From a phage, in the sequence record MZ956761.1: a DNA stretch of 64,000 nucleotides; one strand, written 5' to 3'. Positions within the stretch are counted from its first letter, which is position 1. Each line of letters starts with the position of its first letter. Below the pieces are notes generated by a model. The model saw only the letters and a program-made list of their open reading frames with translations, searched no databases and was not told the origin of the DNA. A program made the position numbers and the translations under genes. Shown piece after piece: positions 57,039 to 64,000 of the stretch.

Positions 57039-58846
57039 TATGCAATCCTTATCCAACGATAAACTGTAATATATGGTTGAATGTTAGTTATTGATGTTGG
57101 CGGAGTGTGAGCAGAGTTAGTAGATGCTTTAGCTTCACGGTATTTCGTGTAAATTGGACCAGATTCATCTGGATCGTATTGACATCCACCAACAATGACT
57201 GATCCATTTTCATCAACTATTAGAACTTCTTCATCTGTCTCAGTTGCAGGAAGATTAGCATTTTCCAGTGTAACAGAAGTAGAACCACCTGTTCCACCTG
57301 CAGTATGTGAAGGATTTCCACCCGAATCTAAATCGTTGTTATTTAGAGCAAAGTTAGGGTCTGAAATATCTTCATTCCATCCAACTAAAACTTTTCCTTG
57401 CCCAAATAATTTCCATGAGCCGAATCCCATATATGTAACAGGGTTATTTGGATTAACGGCGTTTTCATATATAGTTCCAATAGGATAAATCGTATCAAAG
57501 ATATTTGAAACAGCATTAAATTCGCGTTGATAAGATTGAACTGCTTCTACATTTGGCCAACCAATTTTATCGAAGTCTGTTAAATTTACATCACCGGAAA
57601 TATCTACTCCTGGTCCTTGTGATACATAGAGATTATCAGTTTCATCAATAATCTCATCTTTTGTTAATAATGTACCCAAATCATTATTAAACCAGGTGAT
57701 ATTGATAATGTCACCATGCTCAAATACTCTATCGAAATGTAAAATTTCCGGTATGCCGTTTTCATCAGTTTCAACTGAATAATCGGTATGAGATTGTTCC
57801 CAAGTTCCACCTAAAACAGAGCATTCTACTTCATCGTCTGAATCAGCACCAACACAATGAAATAATGGCATTCCAACTGTTCCAGCCAATTCCTGCAAAA
57901 TCCCGTTAAAACGAACCTCAAGAGAATTAGGATTAATAGGTTCTCCTGGAATTAATCCAAAAGCAGAAAATGGAATTGATTTCATTGTTGATAAATCAGC
58001 AACGTAAATACTTCCTTCTAGAGAAGTTTTTGACGTTAATTTTGAATCTAACAATCTAATTTGACGTCTTGTATATGAACTTCTCCACTGCGATACACCA
58101 TCCATAAATGTTTCAATTTGAACAGTGTCACCAATATTACAAGGCTGTCTTAATCGAATATTAAATCCATCAAGAGGAACTAGTTCTCCTTCATTTTCGC
58201 CCGGAGAGCCAAAATCGCTGTTTTCGCTAAATACATCACCGTAATACAATTCGTTACCACGATGTTTTACTCTGATGTTATTTACATTATAACTAGTTCC
58301 ACGGAAAACATCTAAAAAGTCTGTTTGCCCTTGGACTTCGACTAAAAATTCTTTACGAGCTACATTACTAATGTCTGAACTGGTAATTTTGTCAATTTGT
58401 TTATTTTTGACATATTCCCAACGTCCTGGGGCACAATACACTAGTTCTAAATCGCTGAATTGAACATTAATTTCAACTGGTACTGCAGATCCTTTAATCG
58501 TATCGCCGGAAGCAGCTACTAGTGTAACTGGGTTGACGTTCCATGTAGCAAATACGTCTCTAGCTCTAATTACCTTGTTGTAATCATTAACTGTACCCTT
58601 TGGAAGATTTATAGTCACTCTTCCAGAAGATGTATTAATAGCGTATGATTTTCCCCATTCTGCTGTTAATGTTTGTCCTGATGAAGCATTATAAGTTTTC
58701 CAGGCACCGGCTGAATATGGAACATCACCATCACCGAGTTCATAATAAAGCTCATCAAAGTTTTCATTTATTTTTATACCACCTTTACGCAGGTAGTCAC
58801 CGGTACCATCATCTACAACATTACCGATATTAATATTTTGTTTCAT
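57038..58846 (-). CDS. 10: Baseplate wedge tail pin protein
   Basis: 602 aa; length as T4 gp10. Confidence 0.9.
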   Translation of the reverse strand: MKQNINIGNVVDDGTGDYLRKGGIKINENFDELYYELGDGDVPYSAGAWKTYNASSGQTLTAEWGKSYAINTSSGRVTINLPKGTVNDYNKVIRARDVFATWNVNPVTLVAASGDTIKGSAVPVEINVQFSDLELVYCAPGRWEYVKNKQIDKITSSDISNVARKEFLVEVQGQTDFLDVFRGTSYNVNNIRVKHRGNELYYGDVFSENSDFGSPGENEGELVPLDGFNIRLRQPCNIGDTVQIETFMDGVSQWRSSYTRRQIRLLDSKLTSKTSLEGSIYVADLSTMKSIPFSAFGLIPGEPINPNSLEVRFNGILQELAGTVGMPLFHCVGADSDDEVECSVLGGTWEQSHTDYSVETDENGIPEILHFDRVFEHGDIINITWFNNDLGTLLTKDEIIDETDNLYVSQGPGVDISGDVNLTDFDKIGWPNVEAVQSYQREFNAVSNIFDTIYPIGTIYENAVNPNNPVTYMGFGSWKLFGQGKVLVGWNEDISDPNFALNNNDLDSGGNPSHTAGGTGGSTSVTLENANLPATETDEEVLIVDENGSVIVGGCQYDPDESGPIYTKYREAKASTNSAHTPPTSITNIQPYITVYRWIRIA

Positions 58847-59712
58847 TATTGAGCCACCCCGATTTTCTGCGTAGCGATAACTTTAACTGCTGCTCTCATA
58901 CCGACAGTTGAAGAACTTATAGTCGCCGTTACATAATTTTCTTTAATACTAAATGCAATATTAGCGATTTCGTCTTCTTCGGTTTCATTCCCAACTCGCA
59001 TGACAGCATATTCAGAAGAAATTACCTCTGAATTAACAGTATCCACAAGAATATTTATTTCTGCTGTTTTAATTTTTCTTCCATCTACCGATTGGCACGT
59101 AACTAGCAATTTAGCCATATTATATTCAGTGCGATGAAATAGTGGAATATCAACTGATCCGGATGTAGAAATATTCCATGTACCTTCAGCTGGTGATTCC
59201 TTTTGTCCAAACATACTTTCAATAGAATAATTCCAAACCGAAGTAGAATTATCAGATGAAATACAGCGTAAAGTAACTTTACTATATGGGCTAGTTACTA
59301 CTAAATTACCCGAAACACCTTTAATTGAATCAATAGCTTGAATTGTTAAAGGATTAGTAACTGATATTGATCCATTTGAGTTAATGAATTCAACACAATC
59401 GCCGAGTTCGCCTCTTTCAATGATAACTTTAACACCTACAGTAGAGGTATCAATATCATGCCTAGTGCCAACTTTCACTGGAGTTGCATACTCTGTAATA
59501 GAGTGTTTTTGATAATATCCAGTAGCATGGATAATTTGACCATCTGCTCCAGTGCCATTTGCTACTGCCATTTTACGCTGATCGCCAAACGCATTATAAA
59601 TTGCGTTAAAATCACTATTAATTTTATTACCACCGTCGAATAAGATATCACCAGTAGAAGCGTTACCAATTTCGCCGGTATCAATCAATTTCTTTGGTTC
59701 TTGAATGAACAT
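58846..59712 (-). CDS. 9: Baseplate wedge long-tail-fibre socket protein
   Basis: 288 aa; length as T4 gp9. Confidence 0.9.
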   Translation of the reverse strand: MFIQEPKKLIDTGEIGNASTGDILFDGGNKINSDFNAIYNAFGDQRKMAVANGTGADGQIIHATGYYQKHSITEYATPVKVGTRHDIDTSTVGVKVIIERGELGDCVEFINSNGSISVTNPLTIQAIDSIKGVSGNLVVTSPYSKVTLRCISSDNSTSVWNYSIESMFGQKESPAEGTWNISTSGSVDIPLFHRTEYNMAKLLVTCQSVDGRKIKTAEINILVDTVNSEVISSEYAVMRVGNETEEDEIANIAFSIKENYVTATISSSTVGMRAAVKVIATQKIGVAQ

Positions 59713-59736
59713 AGCGGTTTCCTTATGAGTTTATAG

Positions 59737-59744
59737 TATTTATA
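59737..59744 (-). promoter_or_regulatory. Late promoter TATAAATA (minus strand) for gene 9
   Basis: TATTTATA on the plus strand about 25 nt upstream of gene 9 ATG. Confidence 0.6.
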
Positions 59745-59752
59745 AAGAAAAA

Positions 59753-59770
59753 GGGAGCCCATGGGCTCCC
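59753..59770 (-). terminator. Terminator after gene 8
   Basis: Perfect 18-nt palindrome GGGAGCCCATGGGCTCCC followed on the minus strand by TTTTTCTTT. Confidence 0.65.
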
Positions 59771-59775
59771 TTAAT

Positions 59776-60780
59776 TTAAAATGTAAACAGAATATTGATT
59801 TCTTCTGTTTGATCCATTGCCATAATAATAGGTGGCCTATTTTCCATATAAATCATTTCACCCGAATGCCTCATTAAATCTTCTGGGTCATAATAATCCT
59901 TTTCAGCTTTAACGTTTGGGTCATTTGGATGAGCTTTAGCTTCAAGAGGATTCGTGATTATTGATATTTGTCTAAATCCTTTATTTCCTGGCAATGCAGC
60001 TTCAGGAAAATAAACTGAATCTAAATATGCTTTAAAACGGATAGTATTTGCCTTAACACGGTAAATTAATCCAAAATCATCTTGTTGCCAAGTGAGATTA
60101 TCTTCATACCCCCATCTGGTCGGGTCTTCTTTTAATTCCTCAGGCCAAGGAACCACGATATATTCATTCGTGCATCTATTTATAGATACATCAGGCGGAA
60201 TCTCAAATAGATATTCCCACACATACCCGTCTCCGGGTTCAATTGTTCCTTCAGCATCTCCTCGACCTTCAGGCGGAGTCATTGACCTAGCAGAAGGAGT
60301 CCATTTTCCACCTAACTTAAGGCATTCATCTTTATCAGTTAAAGATGCTATTGAACACATTCCGGTATCAGGAACATCTAAACAACGATACACTAACCAA
60401 CCAGCGCCTGATTCAGTAGCGTTGTAAGGAGCTGAGTTACACACTACAATATCGTTAATTCTAAATGTGTATGGATCAGGATATCTAGTATCTCCCCAAT
60501 CTCGACGAGGAATAACTGCGTCAAGCATTGATGGAAGAACTTTTACCGTTCCCATCATATGCGTCCACATGTCAGTTACGCCTAATACAGAATCGGTTGG
60601 ATAAGGTGGGGCAAAGCCCACCTCATTTTCATTTGATGACCACGGTTCTGATCTTCCAAATGTGATAAAGATAGTGTTTTTATCCGGACCACTTCCAATT
60701 GAATTATAAAAATTCAACATTTTTTCTGTTCTAAATTTTGAAGTAACTATCGCACGATAGATAACACTTGAATCATTCAT
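59776..60780 (-). CDS. 8: Baseplate wedge subunit
   Basis: 334 aa; length as T4 gp8. Confidence 0.9.
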   Translation of the reverse strand: MNDSSVIYRAIVTSKFRTEKMLNFYNSIGSGPDKNTIFITFGRSEPWSSNENEVGFAPPYPTDSVLGVTDMWTHMMGTVKVLPSMLDAVIPRRDWGDTRYPDPYTFRINDIVVCNSAPYNATESGAGWLVYRCLDVPDTGMCSIASLTDKDECLKLGGKWTPSARSMTPPEGRGDAEGTIEPGDGYVWEYLFEIPPDVSINRCTNEYIVVPWPEELKEDPTRWGYEDNLTWQQDDFGLIYRVKANTIRFKAYLDSVYFPEAALPGNKGFRQISIITNPLEAKAHPNDPNVKAEKDYYDPEDLMRHSGEMIYMENRPPIIMAMDQTEEINILFTF

Positions 60781-63700
60781 CTATTTTAACCTGTGTTGGA
60801 TTTTCAGGGTCTCTTGGATTTCCTATATTATCTTTTAGACGTTTATCAACTAAATCTCTAAATTGCGCAAATGTTGTTCCAGATGCATCAAATAAAGGAC
60901 TCATTAATTTACGTCGTTCAGACGGCAATTGACCTTGAAATATTGAATTATTATTTTCAGCATTATAGTCATCAGGAAGAGGATATTTTACACCAGCCAT
61001 TGGGCCAGGCTCATAAATTGCTTCGCCTGTTACTGAATCATGCTCAATTTCACCAGTTGGAGTTAATTTAGCTACTCTATCAGCATATTCAGTAGGCAAT
61101 CCAGAATCCCATTTATAGTTTTTGTATTTATTAATTATAGTCTCTGTATGTTTAAGAGTTAAACCAACATTAATAAACATCGTTAAAAGAGTAATTGCTA
61201 TAAATCCAAATCCTACTGGATGAACAAAACGAATAACGTCAGATTTCCAACGAGAAGAAGGTAAATTGGATTTAATTTTCATTACATAGTATGATCTACT
61301 TCTATTAATATAGTCTATATTGTTTTGAAGCAAATCCTTTCCTTTAACGCCACGAATAATTTCGCCTTCAAAACTAGGGAGTCTTTCTGCTTTAACTTCT
61401 TGACCAGCAATTAATCTTCCCAAAAGATTATGAATAGTTACGGTCCATTGCAATTTACCATTAGAATAGCTTCTTTCTATATAAGTAACATTACATCTTC
61501 CTGTGGCTGTATAAATCGTTTGTCCTACTAAGTCTTCAGTCAAAGAATCAGATTGAACGATTATATCATATTCAGTACCAGCCCCAGATTCAATTTCAAT
61601 TTCAACTTCTTCATTATAAAGAACTTTAAAAAGAAATTTGTATGATGCTTCAATTCCTTTAGTAGAATAAAAATCATAGCTACGCGATTCAAAGAATCTC
61701 GCAACAGCATCACGTTTATCAGCATTTAAATAAATGTTTCTTTTATATATCTCTGACCACAAATATTCCCATGCATGCTCTTCTCGTGGATATTGGTTAC
61801 GAATTAAATTTCGTAAATTGTTATACTGAGTTCCATATCCATCAGAAAGATATTGAATATATGCTTCGCAAAATGCCTCAAAATTCGAATCCTGTAACAA
61901 ATAAGAATCAGGCATCATTGTGCCAATTAATGGTCTTAAATCAGGGTCAGCTAATCCACGCTCTTCTTCTGGTGACCAAGGAGTCTCATGCTCTTGGTTT
62001 TGTAAAAATGCTTTTAAAAATACTTCAGTTGGCTTCCAAATAATTTCTACTGTATCTCTCACACGATAGTTAAAATCATAGTAAGAAATTATTTCACCGG
62101 AGGCTTTATAGAAAAGCATTCCTGATGCGTATTTTTTAAATCCAGTGAATTTAACATTTGGCATTACTATAGTACAATCGCCATCATCCCAATATTCATG
62201 AACTAATCTATCTGGTGATGTTTCCGGAATATTTTCTATAACTTTAGTGTATTTTAAATCAGCATAAACTACTACAGCTCTATCAGAGTTGTTTATCCAA
62301 CAACGTGTGTTAGATTTTTTAGACCAGTTAAAGAACGGTTCTGCGTAGTATTTCATTGGTTGAGGAGTAAAAGTCTCCCAATCAGATTTTTCATCCGCTA
62401 TAAATGCCATCATATGATAATGCTTATCAGCTAACCATTCACGAGGAAATTCATATTTAACAGCGCCAATTAACTGATATTTTGCTGCAGTTTCAGGGTC
62501 ATTAACAACATTATCACTTAAAAATTTAAAATTACTCGAAGACAGAGAAACTAATTTACCGTCAGTTGACATATTCGCATATCCGGGTTGAATACGTCTT
62601 CTTTCTTCTTCGGTATTACCAAAAACTCTTTTCCATGTTTTTTCGTCATGATTTAAAACATATATTCCTTTATCAGCGGAATCAATTATTTTTGATGTTC
62701 TCGGATTGGCATTTAATGTTTCAACTTCTCCAATAATAAGAGCAAAAACTTTATCACCGATAGAATCCATTTTATAGCATACTGCTTTAGGATTTCCGGT
62801 TATAGTCATAGTATCAGGTTCAAAAAGTCTTTCCGAATATGTTGGAGATAATGGATCAGAATCTATAGGTGCATTACTCGTTTTTATGTATCTAACTTTG
62901 TCTCTGGCGACAACGTAAATGTAATCATCGGTGCAAGTAATAGCTTCTGCAATGCGGTATACATTCGCTGGCAAAGTCGCGTAAGTGGCAAAAATTTCTA
63001 CATCAAATCCTAGATGTAATTGGTCGCCAAGTTTAGCAAATGTTATATCCTGAGAACTAAATCTGACATCATCGGCTGACCATCTAACATCAGTAGATTT
63101 GCGGCCATAGAAAATCTTGTCGTATCCTAGAACGTATGTTGTGTTCGCAGATTGGTAATATACTGTCTTAGATAAAGGATATCCTACACGGTCATTGAAG
63201 AGCTTCACAGCTTTCCAGGTTTGTCCTTTATCATTAGATACTTTAACTACGGGTTGATAGCGCTCAAAAAGATATAGAATCCCTTCTGATTCCATCAAAT
63301 AAACACGGTTAATATCCTTACATACTTGCTGAATAGAACCTTGTATTTCATGATATTCATTTTCACCAATAATAAAATTACTTATTGATGAAACATCAAC
63401 ATATGATGGGCTGAATTGGAACGATTCATTCATCAATGCAGCCATTATAGTGTCATTATTAAAATTAACATAATCAGAATTATTAAGAGTAAATTTTTCC
63501 TGAATGAATTTATTGGCTAATTGCATTTCAATCATGTTTTGAAATGTATAAGCATTTGTAGCAAAAGTTTCAAACTCTTCAGTATAAATCCAATCAGACT
63601 GCTCAAAATCTTGCGCAGCTGTAGCTACCCTAATAATGTATGATGTCAATGGATCAGCATCATCAAAAAAGAAGCTGTTATTTGCAGTATATCCTAAGTT

Positions 63701-63871
63701 AATCCATCTGTATTGATTACTCGGGAGATTTTCCCCCGAGTTTGTTTTTGTCTCAGCGATTTCTACAAAATAGTAGAAATTAGCACCAACGTCATCCCAG
63801 CGTACTTGCACCTGATTTGCGGATAACTTGGAAATTCTGAGACTAGTGACTGAAGGTGCTTTTACTGTCAT
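60773..63871 (-). CDS. 7: Baseplate wedge initiator
   Basis: 1032 aa; length as T4 gp7; 8-nt overlap with gene 8. Confidence 0.9.
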   Translation of the reverse strand: MTVKAPSVTSLRISKLSANQVQVRWDDVGANFYYFVEIAETKTNSGENLPSNQYRWINLGYTANNSFFFDDADPLTSYIIRVATAAQDFEQSDWIYTEEFETFATNAYTFQNMIEMQLANKFIQEKFTLNNSDYVNFNNDTIMAALMNESFQFSPSYVDVSSISNFIIGENEYHEIQGSIQQVCKDINRVYLMESEGILYLFERYQPVVKVSNDKGQTWKAVKLFNDRVGYPLSKTVYYQSANTTYVLGYDKIFYGRKSTDVRWSADDVRFSSQDITFAKLGDQLHLGFDVEIFATYATLPANVYRIAEAITCTDDYIYVVARDKVRYIKTSNAPIDSDPLSPTYSERLFEPDTMTITGNPKAVCYKMDSIGDKVFALIIGEVETLNANPRTSKIIDSADKGIYVLNHDEKTWKRVFGNTEEERRRIQPGYANMSTDGKLVSLSSSNFKFLSDNVVNDPETAAKYQLIGAVKYEFPREWLADKHYHMMAFIADEKSDWETFTPQPMKYYAEPFFNWSKKSNTRCWINNSDRAVVVYADLKYTKVIENIPETSPDRLVHEYWDDGDCTIVMPNVKFTGFKKYASGMLFYKASGEIISYYDFNYRVRDTVEIIWKPTEVFLKAFLQNQEHETPWSPEEERGLADPDLRPLIGTMMPDSYLLQDSNFEAFCEAYIQYLSDGYGTQYNNLRNLIRNQYPREEHAWEYLWSEIYKRNIYLNADKRDAVARFFESRSYDFYSTKGIEASYKFLFKVLYNEEVEIEIESGAGTEYDIIVQSDSLTEDLVGQTIYTATGRCNVTYIERSYSNGKLQWTVTIHNLLGRLIAGQEVKAERLPSFEGEIIRGVKGKDLLQNNIDYINRSRSYYVMKIKSNLPSSRWKSDVIRFVHPVGFGFIAITLLTMFINVGLTLKHTETIINKYKNYKWDSGLPTEYADRVAKLTPTGEIEHDSVTGEAIYEPGPMAGVKYPLPDDYNAENNNSIFQGQLPSERRKLMSPLFDASGTTFAQFRDLVDKRLKDNIGNPRDPENPTQVKIDE

Positions 63872-64000
63872 TGTGATATAGGCTCCAAATCGATAGTTAA
63901 GTATTGCGGACGTAAGTCATTTTCAAATACAATCAGTGAACCATCGCGAGTAAAGATAACATCATCGGTTGGGTCAGAATATAATTCAATAGTCTGAACT
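63868..64000 (-). CDS. 6: Baseplate wedge subunit gp6, C-terminal fragment (gene continues beyond window)
   Basis: Open frame through window edge, ...DLRPQYLTIDLEPISQ* with TGA overlapping gene 7 ATG (ATGA). Confidence 0.6.
   Translation of the reverse strand, partial: VQTIELYSDPTDDVIFTRDGSLIVFENDLRPQYLTIDLEPISQ

Overview
This window is a 64-kb segment of a T4-like (T-even, Tequatrovirus-type) myovirus genome, collinear with the T4 interval from gene 32 to gene 6 and read on the opposite strand to the conventional T4 map. All calls rest on reading the six-frame translations and on recalled T4 protein lengths, motifs and gene order; no database search was run.

Layout:
- 1-24.8 kb, + strand: early and middle genes. 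The 3' end of gene 32, small frd-proximal ORFs, frd, td, nrdA, nrdB, denA, rnlA, alc, an i-/o-spanin pair, pseT, five cd.x ORFs, cd, 31.2, 31.1, 31, rIII, nine 30.x ORFs, DNA ligase (30) and two tandem Alt-family ADP-ribosyltransferase genes.
- 24.8-64 kb, mostly - strand: late morphogenesis genes 54, 48, 29, 28, 27, 51; then 26, 25, uvsY (+); uvsW (-); inh, hoc, 24.3, 24.2, rnlB (+); then 24, 23, 22, 21, 68, 67, 20, 19, 18, 17, 16, 15, 14, 13, wac, 12, 11, 10, 9, 8, 7 and the 3' end of 6 (-).
- No tRNA, rRNA or CRISPR was found.

Differences from T4 as I recall it:
- td and nrdB are uninterrupted (no group I introns), and there is no room for mobE, segD or segE.
- A 115-aa ORF sits between frd and td.
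- An HNH-endonuclease-like gene is inserted between genes 18 and 19.
- Two full-length, apparently catalytically intact Alt paralogs lie in tandem; I could not settle whether reference T4 carries both.

Regulatory architecture is readable from sequence: T4-type early promoters (GTTTAC ... TG-n-TATAAT-like) embedded in dyad symmetries, including a 54-bp cassette repeated exactly at two loci; MotA-box middle promoters; TATAAATA late promoters; GC-hairpin terminators.

No single obviously novel system stands out. The best candidates for follow-up are the NADAR-domain protein 30.3 with the adjacent HAD-like 30.2, the Alt pair, the HNH insertion and the frd-td insert.

Positions 140-300 contain many N calls, so gene calls there are unreliable. 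Regulatory-site coordinates were hand-counted and may be off by 1-2 nt.
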